DNA of 64,000 nucleotides from Escherichia phage L27: sequence record LC473039.1; one strand, 5' to 3'. Shown piece by piece: positions 18,691 to 27,677 of this stretch (position 1 is its first letter; each line of letters starts with the position of its first letter). The notes under the pieces were generated by a model. It saw only the letters and a program-made list of their open reading frames with translations, ran no database searches and was not told where the DNA came from. The position numbers and the translations under genes were made by a program.

Positions 18691-19476
18691 ATGGGTATTG
18701 TAAAAATCATCAAAGGTGATATCTTTGACGCATTTGATAAAGGTAAGTTTGACATCATTGGTCATGGTTGTAACTGTATGAATTTAATGGGTGCAGGTAT
18801 CGCTGACAAGATTTCTAAACTTTACCCAAAAGCATATGAGACCGATACAGAAGTTTACCTCTATGCAGGTGGTATAGGTCACAAACCCTGTGAAAATTTA
18901 CTAGGTAATTTCTCTGTAGCACGTTTAAAACAAGGCCGTATAGCTAACCTTTACACTCAGCTTAAGACTGGTAAAGATGCCCGATACAGTGCTTTAGAGT
19001 CATCTTTGAAACAGCTTAACAGATACTGTGAAGTTAACCAGTTGAAGAAAGTTGGTTTACCTATGATTGGTGCAGGTATCGGTGGACTTGACCCTCAAGC
19101 TGTCACAGTTATCATTAATCAGGTGATGAAGAGTGTAGATGTTTATCTGTATGTCTATGAAGGAGAGATGTACAACGAGTTACAATCAGGTTGGAAGAAC
19201 TACTGTGAGCCAGAATACTTTGCAGGTGTAGTAACGTTCACAGATAATGCAGTTACCCTCTTCAGACGAAGAAAAGGTAAGATACATCAAAGTAACCCTC
19301 CGGTTGAAAAGATGTCTCTAAGTAACGCTCTAGTTACCCACCTGTCGAAGAGCAATCACAGGATTGCAGTAACATTTGGCAGCGATGCAGATACTTACAT
19401 CTATGCAAGAACTGATGAGGATATCAAGACGATTTTCTCTTCACCAGAAGTTACCTTCTTAGACGCAAAGAACTAA
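18691..19476 (+). CDS. macro-domain (ADP-ribose binding/processing) protein
   Basis: N-terminal IIKGDIFDAFDKGKFDIIGHGCNCMNLMGAGIADKI resembles macro-domain GDIT...D.IVNAAN...GGGV..AI signature. Confidence 0.5.
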   Translation: MGIVKIIKGDIFDAFDKGKFDIIGHGCNCMNLMGAGIADKISKLYPKAYETDTEVYLYAGGIGHKPCENLLGNFSVARLKQGRIANLYTQLKTGKDARYSALESSLKQLNRYCEVNQLKKVGLPMIGAGIGGLDPQAVTVIINQVMKSVDVYLYVYEGEMYNELQSGWKNYCEPEYFAGVVTFTDNAVTLFRRRKGKIHQSNPPVEKMSLSNALVTHLSKSNHRIAVTFGSDADTYIYARTDEDIKTIFSSPEVTFLDAKN

Positions 19477-19892
19477 GAAACTCTGTAAAATATTCACAAT
19501 AGGTTAAGCCTTTCTTATCTGGTAAATTTTTCAGGTAAGGAGGGCTTTTTCATTTCAGGATTGTGCAGGTAGATTTCTATAGAGAAATCTGTAGAGAAAA
19601 TTTTGAACTCCAAAGAGAAAATTCATTTTCAAACTGTGCAGGTAATCTCCAAAGAGCTTTTTCATTTTCAAAACGTGCAGAGAAAAATCAGGTCGGGCAA
19701 GAAAAATCATTTTAGAATTGTGCAGGTAGATTTTTATAGACAGCCAGCCCAGACAACCTTCCCGCCCTACCACATCTGAAAAGAAAAGTCAAGAAAAAAA
19801 TTTGTAGCGGATTGAAAAATAATTCTTGATTGTAGTTCTGTTTTGCGGTAACCGCGCGCGCCCGTTTCATTACATTTTTGCCAAAAATATTT

Positions 19893-19925
19893 TTAAAATT
19901 TTTCTTGACTATTCGAACGGGTTTT
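19893..19925 (+). promoter_or_regulatory. sigma70-like early promoter (TTGACT-N17-TAGTAT) driving small-gene array
   Basis: CTTGACTATTCGAACGGGTTTTTATAGTAT; followed by 5-prime UTR hairpin and conserved RBS context. Confidence 0.5.
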
Positions 19926-19986
19926 TATAGTATTTGCATCAGACGGGGCGACAAGCCCGATAGCCTTAAACTAGGAGAATCTAAAA

Positions 19987-20193
19987 ATGCTATACGGTCG
20001 TGAATTGATGGTTACAACTAACGTTGATACAGATGTAAAACGTTTCTACATGAAAATTTGTGACGTATGGACTAGGATATCAGAAACTGACTATTGCAAC
20101 TATGTAGAAACGGCTATAAATTCTAATTGCTACCTTACGAGAATCACAAGAAAGCACATAAGACAGACAGCAGTTTACTACTACGATATCTAA
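19987..20193 (+). CDS. hypothetical small protein (early array gene 1)
   Basis: RBS AGGAGAATCTAAAAATG. Confidence 0.45.
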   Translation: MLYGRELMVTTNVDTDVKRFYMKICDVWTRISETDYCNYVETAINSNCYLTRITRKHIRQTAVYYYDI

Positions 20194-20195
20194 TA

Positions 20196-20281
20196 AAGTA
20201 CTTTACAAGGGGCTTAAAAGTTGATATCTTAAGCCCCAGATAAAGAGCTTTATCAAAAACCTTAAACTAGGAGATTCAAAA
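20196..20281 (+). repeat. leader cassette family A copy 1 (long hairpin + AGATAAAGAGCTTTA + RBS)
   Basis: GGGGCTTAA...TTAAGCCCC 9-bp stem; near-identical copies at 20663, 21010, 22321, 23118. Confidence 0.7.
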
Positions 20282-20662
20282 ATGGCATATCGTGCACCTA
20301 AATTCATCAATAAAGACAATTTCCGCAATGCACTGGAAAAATCACTTGATGAGAATTTTACAGGTCAGATTATTGTTGTCCACGCATATAATTTTAAGTA
20401 TGATATTAACGGGAACAGAATCAGCCATTACACGGCAACCCTGTTAGATGGTAAGCTATCAAGTGAAAAAGCCGTACTAAATGCACTTGCAGGACGTGGG
20501 AAAAACCTGATAAAATGCGATAAGAGACGTTATCAGGGCGGCGCATATGGTTATGATGATGCTGTTTATCATCTTGAAAATATGGGCTATCAAGTAGAAA
20601 AAGCTGGAGTGTCGCAGATTATTGGCCGTGATGGTTATGTGACAATCTTCAAAATTAAATAA
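20282..20662 (+). CDS. hypothetical protein
   Basis: 126 aa ORF behind cassette A. Confidence 0.5.
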   Translation: MAYRAPKFINKDNFRNALEKSLDENFTGQIIVVHAYNFKYDINGNRISHYTATLLDGKLSSEKAVLNALAGRGKNLIKCDKRRYQGGAYGYDDAVYHLENMGYQVEKAGVSQIIGRDGYVTIFKIK

Positions 20663-20751
20663 AAAGCACTTTACAAGGGGCTTATAGTTCGATAAAGTAA
20701 GCCCCAGATAAAGAGCTTTACCACTAAAATCCTAAATTGGAGAACTTAAAA
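20663..20751 (+). repeat. leader cassette family A copy 2
   Basis: GGGGCTTA...TAAGCCCC hairpin + conserved RBS context. Confidence 0.7.
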
Positions 20752-21009
20752 ATGGCTATTATCAAAAACGTTGTAATTACTGCAAAAACTCGTGATGACG
20801 CTCGCAATATGGCTAAAAAGTTATGCGGGAAAGTGATTGACAACGGGAAAAAATCTGCTGTAAGATGGGGCGTAAAAGTTGATAAACGTTTAATCTTAAA
20901 ACATAGTTCAAACAACCTTTTTAAAGGTGTAAAATCACTCGGTAAAGTGAACGTTTTCACTAAAAAAGGTTATAAAATGCACTTATCATTAACTGATAAT
21001 TTAATCTGA
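20752..21009 (+). CDS. hypothetical protein
   Basis: ATG at 20752; ORF-track start 20737 is a TTG inside the cassette. Confidence 0.5.
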   Translation: MAIIKNVVITAKTRDDARNMAKKLCGKVIDNGKKSAVRWGVKVDKRLILKHSSNNLFKGVKSLGKVNVFTKKGYKMHLSLTDNLI

Positions 21010-21097
21010 TAAAGTACTTTACAGGGGGCTTAAAAGTTGATATCTTAAGCCCCAGATAAAGAGCTTTACCACTAAATCCTAAATTGGAGATTCAAAA
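21010..21097 (+). repeat. leader cassette family A copy 3
   Basis: Same hairpin/RBS unit. Confidence 0.7.
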
Positions 21098-21610
21098 ATG
21101 AAAACTGTAGACGCTACCTTTGAAGTTGTAAAAGAAAAATTCACAATTATCTATGAAGCGGTGAATTGCTACGAGTCAAGTCATAATCTTGACAATTGGA
21201 AGTTTACAGATGACCATCAAGGCGGCGTGACTATTAAAAATCCTGACTATCGTTATAATGCCTTTAAATATGCAATCCCTTTACATTACAGCCTGAAACA
21301 GCTTTCAAGCGACTATGCAAAACAGGGCCGGGAAAATCCATCAAAAGAGGCTTATATCAGTTTACAGAAAGAACTAGAAAGAGATTTAGAGGCTTCAGAA
21401 TACAACCTTGCCGCGAAAGTTATTGATGCAAATGGTCAAACAATTTTAGACAGTTTTTATATTGGTTACGCTTTCGATTGGTGCTATAGTGACGGTGAGG
21501 ATTTAGAAGATAGGCTAAAAGAAGAGGCGAGCAATTCAGGCGCAGAATCTGAAGTATTAGAACGCTTGGAATCATTAAAAGATTCAGTGATGAATATCTT
21601 TAAAAATTAA
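21098..21610 (+). CDS. hypothetical acidic protein
   Basis: 170 aa ORF behind cassette A. Confidence 0.5.
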   Translation: MKTVDATFEVVKEKFTIIYEAVNCYESSHNLDNWKFTDDHQGGVTIKNPDYRYNAFKYAIPLHYSLKQLSSDYAKQGRENPSKEAYISLQKELERDLEASEYNLAAKVIDANGQTILDSFYIGYAFDWCYSDGEDLEDRLKEEASNSGAESEVLERLESLKDSVMNIFKN

Positions 21611-21626
21611 ATTAAGAGGAAACATC

Positions 21627-21959
21627 ATGCTAATGATGGGTATCACTGCAATCATCGCCATTATAGCACTTTACAAGGCTTACAGCGCCTATAATCTGGC
21701 AAGTAAGGCAATCACGCAGCAGGTTAGTAATAGCCTTGTAGAGAGCTTTCTAGAGCGTTTAAGTGATGAACAATTGAAACGGTTAGAAATGAGCTTCAGA
21801 TATAAAGCGAAAACCTATCAGATAAGTGACATCTTCAAAGATGATTTCCAGTTAGTTGATGATTATAATTCTCTGATAAATGCTTTAAACATCAGTGACT
21901 TGAAAGACTATCACGCTGTAATTGTTCAAGAATTGAGCAAACGAAAACAAAGTGTTTGA
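21627..21959 (+). CDS. hypothetical membrane protein
   Basis: N-terminal TM helix; RBS AAGAGGAAA. Confidence 0.5.
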   Translation: MLMMGITAIIAIIALYKAYSAYNLASKAITQQVSNSLVESFLERLSDEQLKRLEMSFRYKAKTYQISDIFKDDFQLVDDYNSLINALNISDLKDYHAVIVQELSKRKQSV

Positions 21960-22049
21960 CACTGGTTTTTAGATAGATTAAATTACACATCAACGGGGAG
22001 GGAATGACCTTCCCCACTAAATAAAATCCTTAAACTAGGAGATTCAAAA
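21956..22049 (+). promoter_or_regulatory. leader cassette family B copy 1: promoter TTGACA-N17-TTAAAT + 5-prime UTR hairpin GGGGAGGG-AATGA-CCTTCCCC + RBS
   Basis: Copies at 22822, 24062, 24615, 25240, 25575. Confidence 0.65.
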
Positions 22050-22322
22050 ATGTACACTACTAACAACGGTCGCACCTTAAACGTAACCCTACGCCACTAT
22101 GTAAACGGTGTAATGCACTTCGAGGATTTACAAGCTGAACAGCACATTTTGGATTGGCAACTTGCAGGATTCCAAAAAACTGCTACCGGATACGGGAAAA
22201 AGATTCCAACTAGCTGGAAAGTATACTACGAAGGCCGTTTGCGTAGAATTTATCAAGATGTATACAGCAATAGCGCAACAAGTTACATCATGGTAAAAGG
22301 TAAAAAATTACACTTAGTATAA
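22050..22322 (+). CDS. hypothetical protein
   Basis: 90 aa ORF behind cassette B. Confidence 0.5.
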   Translation: MYTTNNGRTLNVTLRHYVNGVMHFEDLQAEQHILDWQLAGFQKTATGYGKKIPTSWKVYYEGRLRRIYQDVYSNSATSYIMVKGKKLHLV

Positions 22323-22408
22323 AGTACTTTACAAGGGGCTTATAGTTCGATAAAGTAAGCCCCAGATAAAGAGCTTTACCACTAAATCCTAAATTGGAGA
22401 ACTTAAAA
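22321..22408 (+). repeat. leader cassette family A copy 4
   Basis: Same hairpin/RBS unit. Confidence 0.7.
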
Positions 22409-22813
22409 ATGGCTATTAATAACCGTGAATTATCAATCTTAAAAGCACGTTTGACCGTTAACCGGATTAATGTTATTACGTCATCAGCACCCGATGAAAC
22501 ATTGCACAACATTATTGGGAAGATTCAAAGTATTATCTTAGACGTTGAAAATGTAAAAAGCTCATTGGCTGACGTTGCAGCAGGTATCACGCTAGACGGC
22601 GCACAATATGAAATGTCAGACATGTTAGGCAAATCTAAGGTAATGAATAAAGAGTTAGATTTGAAAATATTCCGATTTGCTGTTAAAGTGTGGCTATCTG
22701 TCGAGTATGATGCTAACTTTGCAATCGCTGACTTTTTCGCCACTTGGTTGCAGCGTAATTTGACTAATCATGACTTCCGTGATATCTGTGATGCAATTTA
22801 TGCAGAACTCTAA
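22409..22813 (+). CDS. hypothetical protein
   Basis: ATG at 22409 (ORF-track start is an in-cassette TTG). Confidence 0.5.
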   Translation: MAINNRELSILKARLTVNRINVITSSAPDETLHNIIGKIQSIILDVENVKSSLADVAAGITLDGAQYEMSDMLGKSKVMNKELDLKIFRFAVKVWLSVEYDANFAIADFFATWLQRNLTNHDFRDICDAIYAEL

Positions 22814-22821
22814 AAAATTTT

Positions 22822-22915
22822 GTTGACACTGGTTTTTTAGATAGATTAAATTACACATCAACGGGGAGGGAATGACCTTCCCCACTAAATAAAGTCCTAA
22901 ACTGGAGATTCAAAA
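22822..22915 (+). promoter_or_regulatory. leader cassette family B copy 2 (promoter + UTR hairpin)
   Basis: TTGACACTGGTTTTTTAGATAGATTAAAT then hairpin. Confidence 0.65.
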
Positions 22916-23119
22916 ATGGCTATTATTAATGGTTTAACCATTGAAACTACACACATCAAAGATATCAAAGTTGGCGATATAGTCCTTTCCCACGGCGTAG
23001 AAAAAACTGTCACTGCAAAAGATATCAAAGAGGATTCTTTCATGGGTAGGACTCTCTTCGGTGATTCTTATTGCTTAGGCTATCTTGCAGTTTTAAAAGT
23101 TGTCAAAAATAACAAATAA
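22916..23119 (+). CDS. hypothetical protein
   Basis: 67 aa ORF. Confidence 0.45.
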   Translation: MAIINGLTIETTHIKDIKVGDIVLSHGVEKTVTAKDIKEDSFMGRTLFGDSYCLGYLAVLKVVKNNK

Positions 23120-23204
23120 AGTACTTTACAATGGGCTTACAGTTCGATAAAGTAAGCCCCAGATAAAGAGCTTTACCACTAAATCCTAAACTGGAGATTC
23201 AAAA
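23118..23204 (+). repeat. leader cassette family A copy 5
   Basis: GGGCTTAC...GTAAGCCC hairpin + RBS. Confidence 0.7.
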
Positions 23205-23768
23205 ATGAAATGCTATCACGGAACTACCCTCAAAAACTTTGTAAACCTGCTGAATGGTGGCGACAAGCCGGAAGGAATCTGGAACTGCTCCTACATGGAC
23301 GATTGTTTCTACGTTTACCCAATGAACAAGGTTATCAAAACGGAATGTCTGGAAGATGAGGAAGATTCTTACATCCGTGAACGCTGCATTCAAAGCGCTT
23401 TAGAGTCTGGGCTTATCACGGCAGCTTTCCAAATGGAGACGCAGGAAGTGATTGTTATTGAAATGGATATCCCAGAGGAAGAGCTAGAGGATGATTATTC
23501 TTGTGACAACATGAGCGAAATTGCCAGCTTTACCGGATACTTTGATAAAAATTGGATTGTTAGCATACACTCAACGAAATTTAGTGCGATGTATGCACCT
23601 TTCTTTGTACCAGATGCAACTAACCGCAATTTAGGCTATGTTGACGATGATTTGTTAAGTATGGCGAAAATTGTACAGAATAGCGGTGATAGTTCCGTGT
23701 TTTGTGACTTGCTGGATAAAATCACGGCAAACATCACAGAACGCAATCTAAGCGACTTTTTAGGTTAA
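23205..23768 (+). CDS. hypothetical acidic protein
   Basis: 187 aa ORF. Confidence 0.5.
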   Translation: MKCYHGTTLKNFVNLLNGGDKPEGIWNCSYMDDCFYVYPMNKVIKTECLEDEEDSYIRERCIQSALESGLITAAFQMETQEVIVIEMDIPEEELEDDYSCDNMSEIASFTGYFDKNWIVSIHSTKFSAMYAPFFVPDATNRNLGYVDDDLLSMAKIVQNSGDSSVFCDLLDKITANITERNLSDFLG

Positions 23769-23831
23769 TCAATACAAAGACACCAACTTCCAACTTAAGG
23801 CCCATACAGGGCCATTTAGAGGGCTTAAACC

Positions 23832-24065
23832 ATGCTTACAACCATTTATCTCATCCTTTCCATTTGTAACGGCCATTCATGCGATTTTAAAGGGCTTGAA
23901 GAGTTCACAGGAAGTAAAGAAAATGCTATTCAAGTTTGCCAGATAGCAAGACAAGACTACCCCGCCAGTGATGACATACAATGCTACTTTAAGACAGAAG
24001 ATGAAGACGGCGTCTATTTTGATAGTGTCGATGGTCAGTATGAAATTATCATTGAAAAAGACTAG
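23832..24065 (+). CDS. hypothetical protein
   Basis: 77 aa ORF. Confidence 0.45.
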   Translation: MLTTIYLILSICNGHSCDFKGLEEFTGSKENAIQVCQIARQDYPASDDIQCYFKTEDEDGVYFDSVDGQYEIIIEKD

Positions 24066-24156
24066 ACAAGCCTGATAAAAGTCTGTAAATTATCAATCAA
24101 CGGGGAGGGAATGACCTTCCCCACTAAATAAAATCCTTAAACTAGGAGATTCTAAA
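24062..24156 (+). promoter_or_regulatory. leader cassette family B copy 3
   Basis: TAGACA-N17-TAAATT then hairpin + RBS. Confidence 0.6.
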
Positions 24157-24498
24157 ATGGCTTATGTAACTGTAATTACCAATAAAGAAGATTCATCTTG
24201 GTCAACTCAGGTCAGCGATAAGATGTCACCTATGCAGTGCCTAAAATACTTTGAGCAGTGGAACAAAGGCGAGGATGTAAGCCCCTTTCAAGTGATGCAA
24301 ATCATCCATACGGATAACGAAGGGAATAAAACGACACTGAATAGCGAGTACTACGCAAATCGTTTTGAGAGTCGAGTTGAAACGATGAAGGGGCTGCGTG
24401 AGGCCGGATATGGGCACATTGCCGCCTTGTTATGGGATAGCCTACTAAAAAATCAGCGTATCAGCTATGTAAAACCTGAAAAAATATTCATCAGTTAA
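24157..24498 (+). CDS. hypothetical protein
   Basis: 113 aa ORF. Confidence 0.5.
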   Translation: MAYVTVITNKEDSSWSTQVSDKMSPMQCLKYFEQWNKGEDVSPFQVMQIIHTDNEGNKTTLNSEYYANRFESRVETMKGLREAGYGHIAALLWDSLLKNQRISYVKPEKIFIS

Positions 24499-24528
24499 TC
24501 AATAACTTACAAAAAACTTTAAAAAAGT

Positions 24529-24560
24529 GTTGACAACTCCCCTTGACATTGGTAACTTTG
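24529..24560 (+). promoter_or_regulatory. sigma70-like promoter (TTGACA ... TAACTT)
   Basis: AAAAGTGTTGACAACTCCCCTTGACATTGGTAACTTT. Confidence 0.4.
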
Positions 24561-24614
24561 TTCGAGGGGGTTTATCTAAAAGGGATTAACTTAAAAGATT
24601 CTTTATAGATAAAC

Positions 24615-24719
24615 TTAAAAAATTGCTTGCAATCAGCTATCAAAACAAGTAAATTACTCATCAACGGGGAGGCAATAACCTCCCTACTAAATAAAGTCCT
24701 TAAACTAGGAGATTCAAAA
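24615..24719 (+). promoter_or_regulatory. leader cassette family B copy 4 (TTGCAA-N17-TAAATT + hairpin)
   Basis: Near-identical to copy at 25240. Confidence 0.6.
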
Positions 24720-25250
24720 ATGAACAAGTTTAAAGCTATCAACTATATTCGTTCAAATAGTGTCATGTCTAAGCCTGTTAAAGATACCTATGAATTCCGT
24801 TGCAATGGTGTACACTTTGCAACCATCACTAAATCAGAAAACGGGGCTTATTACGTTCATCGTCGTAATGTTTCGACCGTTGTAGTCTCTCACTTTATGC
24901 AAGCTGTAGCAGAATTATTACCGTTATTCTTAGAGATTTATCTAGATGAGTGTAAAAACGTTCACAACCACGTTAAAAACCTTTTAAACGGTTATAAAAT
25001 GGCTTATGAACGTTCTATCAAGTCCTTAAACAAGTTCTATAAAGCCCCTGAAAATACTGTATCAATAGCTTATGATGTAAGCGGTGAAATGGTCAGCCTC
25101 TCTAATGTAGAACAAATTAGCCTTTATGATTTACGTCCTAGCGGTTACTCTAAGACTCTTGGTGAAGGCTTATCCTTCAATATCAAGAACTTAGAAAAAA
25201 CTTTAAAAGATATTGAAAAAGATATTGACGAGACAATCAAAAGTCTGTAA
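24720..25250 (+). CDS. hypothetical protein
   Basis: ATG at 24720 behind AGGAGATTCAAAA; ORF-track start 24627 lies inside the cassette. Confidence 0.5.
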   Translation: MNKFKAINYIRSNSVMSKPVKDTYEFRCNGVHFATITKSENGAYYVHRRNVSTVVVSHFMQAVAELLPLFLEIYLDECKNVHNHVKNLLNGYKMAYERSIKSLNKFYKAPENTVSIAYDVSGEMVSLSNVEQISLYDLRPSGYSKTLGEGLSFNIKNLEKTLKDIEKDIDETIKSL

Positions 25251-25316
25251 ATTGTCAATCAACGGGGAGGCAATAACCTCCCTACTAAATAAAGTCCTTA
25301 AACTAGGAGATTCAAA
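25240..25316 (+). promoter_or_regulatory. leader cassette family B copy 5
   Basis: TAAATTGTCAATCAACGGGGAGG... Confidence 0.6.
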
Positions 25317-25580
25317 ATGGAACACGTCGAACTGACCACAATTTTACAAATTGCAACCGACAAAGAGGATGTAGCATTATTCCACCGCATCGAAAGTGAT
25401 TTGTTCAATGGTGAAATCGTTAAAGAATCTTACGAAGTTGTCGGATTCAAAGATGGTAAATCATTTGGATTCTTTGACCTCGACAAAGGCAAAGCGGTTA
25501 CAAAATATGATGTTTTATCTTGTGAGATTCTGACAAAATACAACGAAAAAAGGCTTGCAACATACGCCAATATGCAGTAA
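25317..25580 (+). CDS. hypothetical protein
   Basis: 87 aa ORF. Confidence 0.5.
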   Translation: MEHVELTTILQIATDKEDVALFHRIESDLFNGEIVKESYEVVGFKDGKSFGFFDLDKGKAVTKYDVLSCEILTKYNEKRLATYANMQ

Positions 25581-25646
25581 ATTACTAATCAACGGGAGGC
25601 GATAACCTCCCCACTAAATAAAACCCTTAAACTAGGAGATTCAAAA
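25575..25646 (+). promoter_or_regulatory. leader cassette family B copy 6
   Basis: TAAATTACTAATCAACGGGAGGCG... Confidence 0.6.
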
Positions 25647-25895
25647 ATGGCAACTATCCGCGCTACTGTTAACGAGTTCGGTTTTTCCTCTCTGGATGTT
25701 AAATTTGACATTGCATGCACTGATAACGCCTTTGAAATGGTGAAAGGTCTTATCAGTCAGACCATCAAAGATTATAATCCTTCGGATGAGTTCTGGGAGG
25801 AAACAAAACAAGAAGTTCTCAAGGATGGTTATACTTATCACTATTGGGGAGAAAAAATCGTCTCCCTGTACTACAACAAACAAGATTATAACTAA
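25647..25895 (+). CDS. hypothetical protein
   Basis: 82 aa ORF, last gene of plus-strand early array. Confidence 0.5.
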   Translation: MATIRATVNEFGFSSLDVKFDIACTDNAFEMVKGLISQTIKDYNPSDEFWEETKQEVLKDGYTYHYWGEKIVSLYYNKQDYN

Positions 25896-25930
25896 TCGAC
25901 GCAGCGGGGCTATTTAGCCCCAGATACCTT

Positions 25931-25960
25931 CAAAGCCCCTTTTCATAGGGGCTTTTTTAC
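25931..25960 (+). terminator. Rho-independent terminator closing the plus-strand array
   Basis: AAAGCCCCT-TTTCAT-AGGGGCTTT + TTTTTAC; preceded by second hairpin GGGGCTATTTAGCCCC. Confidence 0.65.
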
Positions 25961-27639
25961 GTCTTATCGAATCTCTATACAATCCTTTCCCTTTCCTTTC
26001 CAGAATCTTCCCACTGATTCAATAGAATCTATCTCATACCTTAAAAAGTAATAACTCTATAGCTTACTCTATAGCCCCTTATCAAATCAACTTAAATATA
26101 AGCCCATAACCCGAAAGGGAAGGGCAACCATTTAATTGGTATTGTTACCAATCCCTAAACGCTCTATAAAGCTCTATAACAGCCTTATCAACCTAACTTA
26201 AGGGATTGCATTAACTCACCCTTAAAAGCTCTTTACAGGGCTTTATAGAGGCTTAAAAGAATCTTATAAGGGTGTAAGCTTTACCATATCGTTAGTTCCT
26301 TGTGAATATCTATAAATGGCTATGAGATAGGACTCTATCGAATCCTCTTGTTAGTGTCTTAAAAGTATGTTATAGGGACTTAAAAGTTACTTCAAAGTTA
26401 CGTGAAAGAGGCTATAAAGTTACGTAAATGCTAGCCCCCTTAACATTTTCTTAACAATTTCTTAACAATCCCTACATAGTTATACTTGTTAGCCCCTTGT
26501 TAAATCTCTGTTAAGACCATGTAAAAGCCTTGTAAGAACCTTTGACATAGCCTTAAAAGCTCCTGTAAAGCCCTATAAAGAGCTATCCATACAGTTGAGG
26601 GGTAAATACTAGGGAGAGACTAAAAAGAACCTATAAAGAGCCTATAGAGAGCTTTTAAAAGGTATGTTTAAGGAATCACTAAGAAAGGGAAGGGAACGAT
26701 AAGAAAAGAGTAGTGACCATGTTAACAGCTTGTTAAAAAGATTAAACACTTGTTAGGAACTTGTTAATTATCTTAACAAAATAACCCTTAAAAATTAACT
26801 TCTTAGACCTTGTTAGATATCTGTTAAGCATCTGTAAAGACTATTCAGCAACTGTTAAGAAACTGTTACACCCCTGTTAGTTCTGTTAAGAATCTGTTAA
26901 GACCTTTGAAGAGTTGTTAAAAAGGTGTTAGAACTGTTAAGAGATTGTTAATGATATTTTAAGATTTTGCAAAGTACTTGTAAGGGAGCTGTTAAGGGCT
27001 ACCAAGCAGATATACATCCTAATCAGATATTTTTCAGTTCCTTCAAAGACCCTAAAAAATGACTTGATAGTCCTATTTTATAAAAATTTTAAAATTCTGA
27101 ATAATTACCTATACAGTCTTTCTAAAATACAGGTAGAAACAGGCTTATAAGATACCTTGTTAGTGCCGTGTTAGACCTTGTGAGATAAGGTCTGTAAAGA
27201 TATTCCTGTTAAGTTTGTTAAAACAGTCTATATAGAGGCTTAGTATTTCCTAGTGAACACCTATAGAGGGTATCATAGCTGACATAATGGGTTACTGTTA
27301 AGTAACACAGATAACCTAGAGATTAAGAGGTGTATAGGAGCTTCTAAGAGGGTATAGAGAGATGGTTAAGGTGATTGTATAGGTTGTTAAGAAGGCTTGT
27401 TAGAAGAATGTTTAGAAGGCTTATTAAAGGGCTAGTTAGAAGGGTTATACAGGGGGCTATTAAGACCACTAGATAATTACTAAGATACTATATAGTACTA
27501 TATAACTGTATATATATAGAGAGTAAGATTAAGAAGGTTGTTAAGAAGGATAGATATTTTATTCACATATGATGGTGACCCAGAGGTTGGGACAACCGAT
27601 AAAATTTTATAAAAAATATAAATTTCGTAAATTTTACTC
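25961..27639. repeat. ~1.7 kb ORF-free region dense in degenerate short direct repeats (CTGTTAAG/CTTGTTAG/TTGTTAA and CTATAAAG/CTATAGAG families) with a TA-rich stretch near 27480-27530
   Basis: No ORF >=60 aa on either strand; >25 repeat copies; bounded by convergent terminators. Confidence 0.6.
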
Positions 27640-27668
27640 AATAAAAAGCCCCCAATTAAGGAGGCTCT
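27640..27668 (-). terminator. Rho-independent terminator for minus-strand block
   Basis: On minus strand GCCTCC-TTAATT-GGGGGC followed by TTTTTATT. Confidence 0.5.
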
Positions 27669-27677
27669 TAAGATATT

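Noticed and set aside
19987-25650. Possible CRISPR array suggested by regularly recurring near-identical hairpin repeats
   Set aside because: Repeats are 70-90 nt promoter/UTR/RBS cassettes separated by protein-coding genes of variable length; no short uniform spacers
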